Shown: in pieces, positions 1 to 13,328 of the stretch | Numbering within the stretch: the stretch's first letter is position 1 | Layout: every line of letters begins with the position of its first letter | Assembly: GCF_036321535.1 (NCBI RefSeq) | Contig: NC_087436.1 | Span: 115,322,001 to 115,386,000, forward strand | Length of the DNA stretch: 64,000 nucleotides | Direction: 5' to 3' | Source of the DNA: Camelus dromedarius | Taxonomy: Eukaryota | The notes under the pieces: model-generated | What the model was told of the DNA's origin: nothing | What the model saw: only the letters and a program-made list of their open reading frames with translations | Database searches by the model: none | Position numbers and translations under genes: made by a program

Positions 1-2170
1 AATAAAATCATAAAAATTAAAAGAGGGTTATAGTTAATAAATCAACATAGGTAAAACTGAATTACACCAGTTACTGATTTAATAAAAAATAAAGTAGAAA
101 AATAGGAGAAAGTGAACAGAGAAAGGATGGGATAAACAGAAAGCAAATAACAAAAGAATACATTTAAACCTAACCAAATCAATAATTACACTATATGTAA
201 TTAGTCTAAATTACACAATTATTTCAATTAAATCAATTATCTCAGTTTGGATATAAAGGACAGCCCAACTACATGCTGCCCAAGAAAACAACTTTTAGTA
301 TAAAGGACCAAAAAAGTTAAAAGTAAAAGGATGAAAAATTATATTCTTTGCTCTGGAGGAGGAGTTCACAGCAAAGAATAATGCAGGGTAACAAAGTCAT
401 TTCATAATGATAATGGGGTAAGTTCAGTAGGAGAACGTAACAATCCTAAATGTTTATGTATCTAATAACAGGACCCTAATACACACAAAAGTAACAGTAA
501 TAAAATTAAAGGAGAAATAGTTAAATCCATAGTTAAAGTCAGAGATTTCAATACTTCTCTCTCAGTAACTGACATTACAAGTAGACAGGAAATCTCTAAC
601 TGTATCAAAGATTTAAAGAGAATAATCAGCCAGCTTGATCTAATTAATATTTATAGAACACACTCTGACAGCAGACTATTATTAAGATAAATTAAAGAAG
701 ATTTACATAACTGGAAAAATATGCCCTGCTCATTGGTCAGTAGACTCAATGTTGTTAAGATGTCAGTTCTTCCCAAATTAATCTATTGATTCAATGCAAC
801 CATAATAAAAATCCTGGCAGAACTGTTTTTTCAACGAATTGACAAGGCGATGCTAAAATGCGTATGGAAATATGAAAGTCCTAGAATGATCAAAACGATC
901 TTGAAAAAGAAGATCACAGTTGGAAGTGTAAGACTACACTATTTCACATATTATTTTAATGTTACAGCAATCTAGAAAATCATCATGTTTTCGGTGGAGC
1001 AGATTAGAGAATTTAGAAATAGCATTTTCATATATGGATACTGATTTTTGATAAAGATGAGAAAGTAATTCAATGGAGAAAGGGTAGCTTTTCTGCAAAA
1101 TAGTGCTAGACTAGTTGTATGTTCATGTGCAGCAAAGTGAAATTTCAATACGTACTTTATATCATATGCAAAAATTAAATACATCATATATCTAAATGCA
1201 AAACCTTGAGCTTTAAATCTTCTAGGGGAAAACTACTGTGATTTTGAATTAGGCAAATATTTTTTAGTTACAACATCAAAAGTATGACCCATAAAAGAAC
1301 AAATTAATAAATTAGACTTAGTAAACATCATGAAATTCTGTTCTTCAAAAGACACTTCGGAGAATGAGGGGGCAAGTCACAGACTGGGAGAAAAATGTTT
1401 GCAAAGCATCTCTCTGTTAAAGGACTTACATTCGTATATATATATATATATATGAAGAAGGCCCAATGTCACCAGTCATTAGGAAATGCAAATTAAACTT
1501 ACAGTGAGGTCTCACTACACACATACCAAGATGGTTACATGAAAATGAAAAAAAAAAAAAAAGATTGATCATGTCAAGTGAGACTTGTATGTGAATAGCA
1601 GTTTTATTTATAGTAGCCCCAAACTGCAAACAACCCAAAACGTCTATTAAGAAGTGAAGATGAGAATGGAATATTTCTAATTCTAAAAGTACTCAAGTAT
1701 ATGAGACAGAGATTATCTTTTTATGAGGGAAACTCCCAATTCCAGAAACAGACTTTTAATTATTTTGTACTTATTTTGGTAAAGATGTATATCTTCATTT
1801 TGAGCCTGTGATTTGTATATGAGAATGATGATACAATTTCATTTAAGCATCGCAATATAATCAACATGGAGAAGGCAAAAAAAAAAAAAACAAAACAGTG
1901 TCCCTTAGTATCCATATAATTTGAAAACTATTCAGTAATAAATAGGAATAACTATTGATTTACCCTAAAACATGAAGGAATCTCAAAATAATTCTGAGTA
2001 ATGGAAGCCATACTGAGAAAGAAAATATACTGTAGTATTCAATTTATATAATTCAAAGGAAATGAAAACCAGTCTATGGTGACAAAAAGCTGAGCAGCCG
2101 CCCCCCGGGCAGGAGTGGATGTGTGGTAACAAGGAGTTAGTCAGAGGGATTGCAAAGTACGTAAAGAAAA
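1..2170 (+). mobile_element. Ancient L1 (L1M-type) fragment: ORF2 endonuclease remnant, internal deletion, ORF2 C-terminus and 3' UTR
   Basis: Degenerate ORF2 motifs are readable. About 180-670 resembles the endonuclease (TLNVNGL, WIKK..PTICCLQE, LKVKGW, GHYIMIKG, ILNIYAPN, VGDFNTPLS, DIYRT). About 685-1600 resembles the C-terminus (EIKEDLNKWK.IPCSW.GRLN.VKMS.LPKLIY.FNA). Many stops and frameshifts. Confidence 0.9.
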
Positions 2171-2199
2171 ACGGGTAAATGACATTAGCAATTTTAATC

Positions 2200-2770
2200 T
2201 GGAAAATTAAAAAAATTCAAGTGCCTAATTAACCCAAAATGTTCAGCCTTGGCACTAATAAAGGAAATGTATTAAAGGGTTTTATCAAAAGAAATATTAT
2301 TTATTAATCAACTGATCAAAGATTAAAAATCATGATTCTCTATGGTAATAAAGATAAAGAAGATGGCCACTCACGTAAATATCAATAAAAATATAAATTG
2401 TTGCATTCTGTCTAAAGAGCAATTTGTCTATGTCAACAAAGCCTTAATTTTTTTTTCAAATCAATGCCTAAAAGCTAATCTGAAATATAGATACATATTG
2501 ATGCCAACATCTCAACATTTTTGTAACAGCAAAGATTTTATAACAATACAAATATCCAAATTTAGGTATACCACATGCCAAAGTGCTTAAAATATACTTT
2601 TTTTGCAAAATGTTGCATAATATGAGAAATGCTACGGTTATCTACGTTTGGTAGAAAAGTTGGATAAATACAAAAAGTTTGGATAAATACAAAAATTACT
2701 TGCAATACATAAAATATATACCGAAAAAAATAAAGGAAAACATGTTATACTATAAAAAGTTAAATTGATA
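2200..2770 (+). mobile_element. Old L1 (L1ME-like) 3' fragment
   Basis: A-rich sequence with degenerate L1 ORF2-end and 3'UTR motifs. Confidence 0.55.
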
Positions 2771-3155
2771 CATTGCTTTATATTATCTATTAATACTTAG
2801 AAATGGGGCTGGAAGGATAAGTGACAAACATGCATGATTCTCTTACATCAAGGAAGGGAACTGAATATTGGAAGGAATAAGAGAGAATATTTGGAAAGTG
2901 GACTTCAATGTTTCACTGTGTTAAATCTGTGAAATTTAGCCATTTAACAGCACGAATATACTTGTGTATTACCTCCATCATATGCTAATGCTTCTGTACA
3001 TGCTGAAGACTCCCACATTGCTATCTCTGGTCTTAACATCCCCCTTGGCCCCGAATATACACACACTTCATGAAAAGTTGTAATTGTTATACAATATGTA
3101 TTTTAAATAATTTATAGACCAAGTGCCACTATAATGCACGTGCACTCACTCGCTC

Positions 3156-3179
3156 ACACACACACACACACACACACAC
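3156..3179. repeat. (CA)n microsatellite
   Basis: Directly visible CA dinucleotide run. Confidence 0.95.
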
Positions 3180-4299
3180 TCACTCTTACAGAATAGTCTA
3201 GGGACCGATCTCTTAAATTAGATTTATTCTGCAAGTAACCTAACAAGGCACTTTTGTGCACTGTTCACGGCATCAGTCCTCTCTTCTCCAATTAAGCTGT
3301 CCCGGGAACTCCATGGGTGGTTAACGTATGGAGAAAGAGTACCGAGCACTTTTACTGCTAATGGAAAGGGGGAAGACCATGTCAGTGGCATCTCGAGAAT
3401 TTTGCATTCTAGTCAGAATGACAGACAATGAAGAAATGCCTTCAAAGCAAGTTCTCTTCGGACAATATTTTTCCAAGAACACATTGCTCCAGTTTCTGTT
3501 GCTCAGGAGACACAGCGCTATTGATACCAATCAAATCAAAGCCATTTGGGATGAATTGGCATGAAGTGTCCGGCATGGACATGCGACCTAGTTGCAGATT
3601 TAAATAGGTATTTGGAAAAATCTTTTCATTGCTCCTCTTACTGAGCCTCTAATCATCCCTTTAACATTTATGGAGTGTTAGCCCTTGAGCAGCTGCAATC
3701 ACACCTGCTCGGAGGAAACTTTATTTTTCAAAGAATGTGCTCTGTTTAAAGCTCTGTGTTTTATAAAGGAGCTTTACGCGCTTAAAGAGAGAGCTTGCAA
3801 AAACCCAGATAGTCTGTGAGTGGAGTTGTTATTGCCATGTCATGATGTATAGTGTGTTCCTTATTAACACCCATGATTTTTTTTTCCTTAGCGTTTCTTT
3901 ACTCTGTGCCCTTGTGGCTCTTCCCTTCCCAAGAAAACCATTGCCAGAGATTCTCATTACCGTTCACTTGTCAATCTTGAGCCTGGGGCCTCTAAAAGTA
4001 GGTAGAGCTTGTTCTAGGCTGGAAGCCCAGTGGGACTTGGTAGGAGGAAGCAAGAGTCACTAACTCTGAAGAGCCCCAAGGCTCCTCGGGGCCAACTCTA
4101 CAACGGGGTGATAACCACCAAGGAATAGACCAGAGGCCACGCTGGGCCAGTCCCTTTGCTTAACTGAACCCTGATTCTCTGCCTAATGGGTGTACCAAGG
4201 GACTTGGAAGGAAGATCATGATTATCTTTGTAATAAATAACCCTCCTCTGTACTATATGGGCATGAGGGATGAACTTTGTCAAAGACCAAAGGTACCTT

Positions 4300-4470
4300 G
4301 CAGCTGCTAACTCTGTGACCTTGGGCAAGGTGCTCAGTCAACCTGAGACTCAATTTCCTCACCTGCCAAAGGAAGCTAATGATAGCTGCCCTACCTTCTC
4401 TGATACGCAGCGGTGCTCTATGTAATGAATTTAGCAGATATGAATTGAGGCTTGGCTTTGTATGTGCTTG
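4300..4470 (+). mobile_element. MIR SINE
   Basis: MIR core motifs ctgtgaccttgggcaag and tcaatttcctcacctg. Confidence 0.8.
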
Positions 4471-4479
4471 ATTCAGTAA

Positions 4480-4810
4480 AAGAAAGCAAGGATGCAACAT
4501 GAATAAAACATGTCCCTACTGCAAGAGAAGTGGCTCACAGTTCATCAGGAGGGCCAAACAGGTAACTAATGGCTCCAGAGGGTGGGGGTGCCATGATAAA
4601 GCTACAGGCTATATGCTATGGGAGGCTTAAATGGGGGAGTAATTAGTTCTCCTGTGAGAGGGAGGGTTATGGAAAAGGTTTTACAGAAAGGATGATTTTT
4701 TAGCATCATCTTGAGAAATGAGTAGGAGTTTGCCGGGGAGTGAAGAGTTGAAGGACATTGCACAGAGTGAAGAGCGATCAATAAAGAAACTTCACAGAGG
4801 AGAGGGATGT
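4480..4810 (-). mobile_element. L2 LINE fragment
   Basis: Purine-rich antisense L2 signature (ggaaaaggttttacagaaag...tcttgagaaatgagtaggagtttgcc). Confidence 0.6.
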
Positions 4811-5949
4811 GGGGCATGCGCGCACCTCACGACATGCAAGCAAGAGTTCTGCCATCTGCAACGTGGTACAAGGGTAAGGTGACATTATTGTCAAAGCCAC
4901 ACTGAAGTCGTTTGAGAGCAGGACTAACCTCTCTTCCCGCCCAAGCCCATGGCGTAGTGGCCGGGCTGGTATTCATGACTTCTTTTCTTGTGTTGTTTTG
5001 CTGAGTAGTTTACTTCTGAAAGGTGCTATACACACCAAATTTGACAAAGTCAAGTCGCACTAAAAGTCTTTAGCACTCCACTTCCAACCCCCACCCCCCA
5101 AATTGCTTCTAATTGTAATAGTATTTCCTTCTGGTATTTCTAAATACTGTCTCTAGGCTGTGCTTGTTTCTTTTTCATGTTGACCCACCATCTATTGACT
5201 TCTTGTTATGAAAGATAAAACTTTACCCCTCTTTCTCCATCAGTTCTCATTATATTTTGCCACCCCTGTATATAGAAAAGTGGTTCTCTAACAATTACCT
5301 AAGTCACTATTCGGTGCATATAAATTATGATCGCGTGAATGTTGTTCAAAGGTGACCCTGCTGTGTACTGCTGTGTGCTATGAAGAATCACTTCCTCCCT
5401 TGCATGATACTGTTCATTTGCTCATCTTACAAATTACCTTGATTATTTTGGCTTGAGTGTCTATGTATTCATCCTTAATTGTTCTCTTCGCAAATAGCTA
5501 ACGGAGGTGTGAAACTATTTTAAAAAGGGACAGACACATAGAGCTTCTTTTCATTTTTCCCTTTGTTTGTTTTGGGGGGTGGGGAGGGGATCCATCTTCT
5601 TACCCCAGTTTTCACTGATTTCTCTTTAGCGCTGCTTTAAATGGGAAATTCTTCAGTATAGTCTTACGTGGAATGTCTTGTTTCCTGGATCACACGACTG
5701 CCCTTTCTAGGTTTACCCTCTTGTTTAGGGAAATTTCTTCCCAGATTACTTTCCCAGAGTGTATAGAAAATTATTATTTTTTAAAATCTCAAGGACTTGA
5801 GACTGTCTTTATTTTTACCTTTATTCTTGATTGATAGTTTGACAAAGAACAGAATTCTGGTCTGCAAACTCCTTCCACTCAGAATGTGAAAGCATTTCTC
5901 CATTGTATTCAAGCTTCTGATGAGTGGTGACCGTGGAGATGTGCAACTC

Positions 5950-6800
5950 TGATCTGCCTGCGGGAAGGAACATGGACTTGCCCTGGGATTGCAGTGACAT
6001 GGTGATCACTGTGACATCGGGCATCTCCAGCCAATGAGTGAGCACGGGACTGTCCCCATCTCCCCAAGAGCAGGGGTCCTCAGATGGGTAGTCTTTTTTG
6101 GGGAGCTCCCCTTTGGGTCAGTGGAACTTTGTCAGATCTGTACCATGGTATGAGGTTCTTCGTGCCCATCTCTACTTCCTCCCCTCTTCCCTTCACAGGG
6201 GTCAGATCTGCACCGTGGTCTTATCTACTGCAGACATAAGAAGCCCTCACTTTTAGACCCTTGCCTTCCTGCACCCGCCATGTTGCTTGTTGCACTTCTG
6301 TCAGTGGGTAGTCAGGGCTCAGCTTTGCTGGTTCCACTCTTCTAAGGCAGCTAGTATGTATCCTTCAGCTTTTCTTCTTACAAAATACTGTTCACAACTC
6401 TTGTCTGCTGAATCATGATAATGGGGACCTAGACATCTGTTTTTACTCCAGCTCCCAAGAGATCTGCCTGACATGCAGAAGGCTCACGATTGAGTCCTTC
6501 TCTAGTAGCTTCCCTCAGCCCAAGAGAGCTGCTCACCCAAGTTCATGTCTCTGGTGGCAGCGTGCATCTAATCACCGGTTAATGAGTGGTTGCAAAACCT
6601 ACAACCACAATTTATGGGATCTTCTAAGCCCCAGGGGTTCCCACAGGATCAACTGAGTTCCTTATTTACAATTAGAATCTCAGTTTAATCTCTCCCTAGC
6701 CCAATACTTACCTCCTTATAGGTTTGAATCCCAAGCACGCTCCCTAATAAACTTTGCATCACATGAATCTCCATCTCACAGTCTTCCCTACCTCTGCTCA
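5950..6800 (+). mobile_element. Two ERVL-class solo LTR fragments (LTR33/LTR40-like) nested in an antisense old L1
   Basis: Internal duplicated gtcagatctg(t/c)acc(a/g)tggt at about 6131 and 6201. The 3' end ccctaataaactttgcatc...aatctccatctcacagtc is typical of these LTRs. The flanks at about 5820-5930 look like antisense L1. Confidence 0.6.
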
Positions 6801-9800
6801 AGGAGCATGATCTTAGAATACATCTCCATTCTCCATGTCTTTGTCCTTTTGGTTTATGCCTTTTAAAAGCCTTTTCGCTGCATTTTACTAGGGTTTTAGA
6901 AGAGATCATTTATGTGTTTAATCTGCCATGGTTGAACAATTATCTGATCCACCACACCTGTTTCAGTTTATGAAGAAGAGCTGATGGCCTTTATATCCCT
7001 CTATTTATGAGCTTTAAGGTGAGCTGGGATCAAACTAGAGAAACTGTGTTCTCAAAAATCCACAGTTATCTCCTTTTATAAACATGGGAAACAGGACTTC
7101 TAGCAGAGAAATAAAAGGGCTAATGGTTCATGGTTTATTTTTTTAATGGCCAACAGTCTAAATCCCTGATTAGCCACTTACCATGAATTTCTTGGTTCTC
7201 TAAGGACATAAGCATGGGAAAATGGAAAAAAAAAAAATCATACTCTTTATTATGAGCTCAACCTTCAGCTCAGATCTCTATTTTGTCTTTTCCTTGGAGA
7301 GCAGTGGAATTACGCTCTTTAGGAGTTAGACCTTTTATTCTCTTTAGCATCTGATTAGTACTGACCCTGGCTGGAATAGCTGACCCTTGTCCTCTTTCCC
7401 GTGGACCCCTGCTTGGACCTACTTGCTAGGTCCTGCTAATCTCATTGCTATGAAGCTGCCTTCCAAAAAGGGCAAAGCTCTAGGTCTCTCCACTCACCAT
7501 GAAAATGGGAGATGAAAGGCAGAGGATGCAGAGAAACTGTTCTCTCCTCAGATATATTTATATTCCCTTCTCTCCTTTCTCTTAAAATAAATCTTCTAGA
7601 AGATTATCTGCTTGCAGATCTTAAGATATTCACTTTAGCCCTGATCGTTCTCACAATTCTTTTTACTGACCTGAATGGAGTATGGGAAAAGTTCCTGATC
7701 TTTCCTTTAGGCTAGAATGCAAACAAACTCATAACTAATATATGCTTGGCTCACTGTTAGCTTGAGAGGGTCAGATGTTCTCAATATAGGTCTTGCTTTT
7801 ATCTAAAGCATCATCTGTAGAATAGGAGTGCAGCTTCGTCCTTAAGAGAGAACTGGAGTGGCTGGCAGAGCAGTGATGCTGTCTGAACGTGGTTGGCATT
7901 GTCAAAACCAGTCAGGCTGGGAAGAAGGATACAGAACATTTGTAGTTCTTAGCACTGCTCTCCCAGGACTGGGTGGCTTCCACAGCAAAAGACGAATGAA
8001 TTATTTCACCCCAGGCTGGGTAAGGTAGTACTTCTGTGACATTTCATAAGCACATTAAACTGATCTAATGCTGTCCAAAGGGAAGTTCATTTGGATGTCC
8101 AGACCAACAACAAAAAGGAGTTTTGACTACTTCTTTACCATTTCTGAATATCACTGATCTTTTGAACCACAATATAATGGAAGGTGTGTTTGAGAGCCTC
8201 TCATGAAAAGTGGAGACTTACAATTCATTATGTCCTTGCTATATGCCATGCACTGCTATAGTTACCTTCTTTTTACTTTTTTTTTATGATAATGCCTAAA
8301 GATAAAAAAAAATATGCCAGGTTCAGAGAAGTTAAGTAAGCCATTCAATATCGTATAGCTGATAAGTAGCAAAACCCAGATTTGACGTTAAAAAGTCCGT
8401 GAGTTGTTGCCCAGCTGATTTTTTTCCCTTTCCTTCCAGCACATTTTGTTAGTCTAGTTTTAACATTTATTTTTATTTTAGAAGCAAAACGATGACAGAG
8501 AGAAGGAAAAATGAGATTTGGACAGCTGTTCCTAATCATTTGTTCCTTTTTCATTACTTCTATATTCTTTTCACTATTTTTCTCAATAAATATTTCTTCT
8601 ATCCCAGCTCAGTGAAAAGCAAGATGGAGAACTCATCTAAAGAATAAGAGCAACGCAGGCACAAGGTAATCCGTCTTGGTGATCATGACCATGACGGCTA
8701 GCCATGGAGGTGAAAGCAGTTTAGACGCTGCTCTTAGCACCTCTGGGACAATCCTACGTAAGATCCAAGATGCATCAGGATTGTCCCAGGGGCACAGACA
8801 GACAACCCCTTAGTGCTGATAAGAAGGTGACAGTATTTTATTTTTAAAGAACAGATGGAGGGATCTACAAACACACAGCAAGCTATGGAAAGAACAACCT
8901 CATTGAAGAGCAAGTAACATCAATATAGTACTAATTCTTTGAGAAATTATGATGAATTATTATGATGGATACTTTTTTAAGTTTCTGTTATTATAATATT
9001 AGAATCATGTAATAAAAGGTAGATCTTTTCTCACATATAAAAGGACAAAATGATAGAGTGAAATGACCTTATTTTGGAGTCAGAAATCCCAAGCTTTAAT
9101 CCTAGTTCATATGTTTTTGCCTTGAGATGGAAATCAAATCCTGTTGCCTCTCTGAACCTCAGACAGGACTTGAGACTGATTTAAATCCTGGACAGGTTTG
9201 CAGATGCTCATGGGAATTTGACCTTTGCTATATCCAAGCTCATGCTAAACACTCAGGGAAGTGTTACCTGCAGGTGGTCCTCAGAGATCATGACGCTGAC
9301 ATGTCCAGAACTGTGAGGGGATGGTGTGAGAGTATTCAAAGCTCTTAGGAGTCTCCTCAACACCAGATGTGAAAACCTGTGGTGAAACCCTGCCTCCTTC
9401 TGTTGCAGGCAGTGTTTTTTCCACCTTGTCTCCAGGTTTTCCATTAATGTTTGTCTTTGAAGAATAAAATAATTCTCTACCTGGGACTCTTGAATATTTT
9501 TTTCAATCACATTATTGGCTAATTATGGCAAGCATGCCGATTCTAAATTTACCTAATTAAAATGAATTATGAATTACAAATTTTGTCTTACATCACAAAA
9601 TTCATATTAGCTTTATTTTAGAGCATAAGTGAATATATATTTTTAAACCATGGTGGTTTTTTTAAGTCTATTTTTTCAAATGATCCAAATAAATAGTTCA
9701 CTTTTTAAGTGTATGAGAAAACCAACAGTAAAAAAATGTTCTTAATGAAATATATTACATTGTACAGATAATGTGTTTATAAAATCCAGTTTCTAAACAT

Positions 9801-11468
9801 TCTTTTAGTCAAAGATATTCATAATGGTCTTCTGAACTGTCTGCCGAGTGGTCATCTCTGTAACAGTGTCTGGAGGAATGAAAAAGGTAAAAATCAATAG
9901 AAATATGACAACCCTAACTATTTTGGTCTTTCATGGCATACATTTATGTATTTTTCCCCTAAAGATTTATAAGTCTAAAGGTTGTGCAAGCAAAGAAGTA
10001 GAGCACTTTAAAAACTATAATCTTTGGGTGACATGATCTGTTCCTTAATTGGAAATGTTTTAAATTTTCATATAGTTTGAAACTCAGATCTGAATACATG
10101 GTCTTACCCAAGTTCTCTTTTCTTCCTGCTTTGTGAGTTTATATGAAAAGAGCCTACTGAGATTCAACAAATTATTCATTTAAACATTTGGGAAAGGATA
10201 GAAAAGATACGTTTACTTGAAATAGGGGAAAAATCAGGGACTTTTCTTTCACACACTTTTCCCCAAGAAGCAGCAGTTAAAATGCAGTAGGCTGAAGTTT
10301 AGAGACTTGATTTTAGAAAATACAAAGGTCTGAGATCTCAGCGCCACCATTTATTACTCATATAATTTTTGTAACCATTCATATCACAAGGAAGTGACCT
10401 TGTTTTATGTTTCCTCTCCCTACTTCGTACTCCAACAGCGAAGTTAGGAGGGACCCTCTGTGTGCACACCTGGTTCTTGCCCACAACAAATCCACCAGGG
10501 GGTGAACGTATGACCAAGACATGCCAATTAGAATTCCTTTCCAAACACTTCTGAACTAGAGTCCGGGGGAAAAATTTTAGTCTCTCTGATGGCAAAGCTG
10601 CTCATTGTTAGGTTAAGGAACTGCTGTTTTGTTTAAAAGAATAATGCTTGTGTACAGGGATGAGAGAGAGAGTTCATTTTAGTGGATCCAGTTGTCCCTA
10701 CATACCTGCTTTGTACATTATTTGTTTCTTTACCTTCCTATGTCGCTATTTTGTATTTAATTACATAAGCCAGGCATTATTTTTTTATTTAATTTATTTC
10801 AGCTTTGTTTCCAAAGTCCAGTAAACAAGAATTCTTGACATACAACCTTTGTGTCTATAATGTAGTTTTGTGAAATGTGATGGCGGTAATTAAATTATCA
10901 TGATGAATGAATAAATTGATAAAACACCTTATGTGATGCAGAGTGCCGTGCCTAAAGCTCATGCGCTCAGACTCCCTTTAAATGTGCTCTACTTAGATGA
11001 TTTATACACCACAATAGCACTGAATTAACCCATCCATTACCAACTTGAAATAAAAAGTGATTCATGCACAAAGATATAAATATATCAAAAGATATAGCAG
11101 AAATTAAGAGATTTGAAAGAAACGATGTTTTAACCTAAAGGTATAACTTTCTAACTGTGTGATTTGGGGCAACAATTTTGCTCAACAATTTTGCATCTCA
11201 ATTTCATTATGTATGAAAAAGAACAATGCTAGTTCTCATTTCACATTACTGTTATGAGATGTAATGACAGGGCAAACTAAATAAGTACCCAGACAATCTT
11301 ACTTTTCTCTTCTTCTTGAAAATGTCTATTTGTATGTAGTCTGTCTTCAGCCGTGATGTGAAGTTTCTGTATGTAGTTTCACAGAGTGATTCATGATGTC
11401 CAACATCAAGTCTATATAATGTGTGTTCAGATGAAACAATACCATCATCACAAGAATGAGACCAAGTT

Positions 11469-11605
11469 GGGGAAGGGCATAGCTCAGTAATAGAGCATGT
11501 GCTTAGCATGCACAAGGTCCTGGGTTCAATCCCCAGTGCCTCTGTCAAAATAAATAAATAAACCTAACTACCTCCCCTTAAAATTAAAAAAAAAATTAAA
11601 TAAAT
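11469..11605 (+). mobile_element. tRNA-derived SINE, camelid Vic-1-like
   Basis: Head ggggaagggcatagctcagtaatagag...ggtcctgggttcaatcccc carries Pol III A/B boxes. Tail aaataaataaataaacctaactacctcccc, then an A-rich run. TSD aatgagaccaa at 11455-11465 and 11606-11616. Confidence 0.92.
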
Positions 11606-11699
11606 AATGAGACCAATGTAGAAACTAGGATTCCTTTTTTATGACAGGAGGGAAAGCTAAACAGATGAGTATGGCTAAGGACAGGTGCACAGGGGTGCT

Positions 11700-12310
11700 G
11701 GCATCTGAAACTAATGTGTATAAAACCGGTCGACTTATATTTTCTTCCAAACCAGCCCTTTCTACTGTCTCTCCATCTCAGTGAAGGGCAACTCCATTCT
11801 CCCAGTTGTTAAAGCCAAATATCTTGGTGTCCTTTTTGACTCTTATTTTTATCTTAAGCACCACATTCAGCTTCTCAACACACTCTGGCAGCTCTACCAA
11901 CCCAGTGTAATGACTTCTCCTTCCACTGCCCTTTTTGATCTGAACTATTTTTCCTTCTTGCTTGGATTGTTGCCATTTTCTACTTAGGATATATTACCTA
12001 AGGCGATGATCCACTATATAGAAACTCTTTATCCAGAAGTATGTGTATACACGTCTCTAAATTTCGTATGCATTTTGTTACTTGCTTTCTGAATTAGCAG
12101 GACCGATTTGTAAGGGTGCAAAGATTGTCTCCCAATTGCCAGTAATATAATGTACTTTTTATAATGATAACGAAAAGGGATGTGCTTAAATTTATGTTTA
12201 TTGGATTACCATGACCTCAAGACATCTCCAAATGTGATCGCCCTTTATCTCTCTGACTCCATCTCCTATTACTTCTACCCTCATTTGGTCTTCTCTAGCC
12301 ACAGGGCCTT
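11700..12310 (+). mobile_element. L2 LINE fragments
   Basis: ccatctcagtgaagggcaactccattctcccagttg...atcttggtgtcctttttgactc matches the L2 3' region. Confidence 0.75.
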
Positions 12311-13328
12311 CCATAATAAAGGTTGGAAGTTTAGTTCATGGAATCTAAATATGGTTTTCATAAGCAAACTTTGATAAGAGCGAAGACTTACCTAAGACTT
12401 AGGGACAAATTCGAGCACAGAACACAGCTACTATAAGATAATCTCAGTTTCTCTCTATGTGTCTCTATTTTCTTTCACTGTAGACCAGCCAACGTCATAT
12501 ACGATAGGGACCATCACCAGCTGTAGTTTCCAAATGTCACATACATAATCTTTTACCTAAATTGGTACAGAAGGCTTTATAGAAGTAAAGGACTTTGGGA
12601 CACAAGTATAAATTATTCTGCTATAATCATCTTTGTGCATATTAGATTACAGAAAAATTTATTAAGCATTCATTGAATGAAGTAAAATATAATCAGAGAT
12701 AATTGTTTCAAATACTTTGAAGTGTTGTGCTCTTTTCAGTTCTTTTTGTTTAACTGAAATTTGGTATTATTTGACAGTGGCATTCTGAGATGCTGTGGCC
12801 ATGTTAGTTTCCTCATCTCCATATAGCCAGCTGTGACTCTAAAGGTGATATATTTCATTCAGAGAAGAAATGATGGCAACCTAAAGAAATTTTGACACGT
12901 AGCTGATGAATCCTGTTTTTTCGAGGATGGACAAAATGATTTATAAAGTTAAAGGACATCAGTAAACAGATGGATCTGAAAGCCGTTGAAATTTATAAAC
13001 AATTTGACTATGTGTTATATTTTATGGCTGTATCTAAACACATTGAAAGACAGAGGGTCTAAGAAATAAATGTTTGAAACTTCAGAGCCAGTCATCTAAG
13101 ATCTTTCCCAATGCTGTTTGTGACCTGAGGTGGGGGGAGGGGGGCGTTTTTCAAAGGACTGTGAGACTGCCGATTCTGCTGCGTAAACTGATTGCGATTT
13201 GTACCTAACGACTTGTGTTTCATTCGACAGAGTTGGGTTGAATTTTATGTCTGACAACAAAAAGTCGCATGACTTCAAATGTTCCAGTTATCTTTCTAAA
13301 CTTGAATTTTCTCATTTGCAAAATGGAG

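Noticed and set aside
11469..11541. tRNA-like sequence with A and B boxes (also 33735-33803)
   Set aside because: It is a SINE head. It has an A-rich tail, TSDs and imperfect cloverleaf stems, so it is not a tRNA gene.
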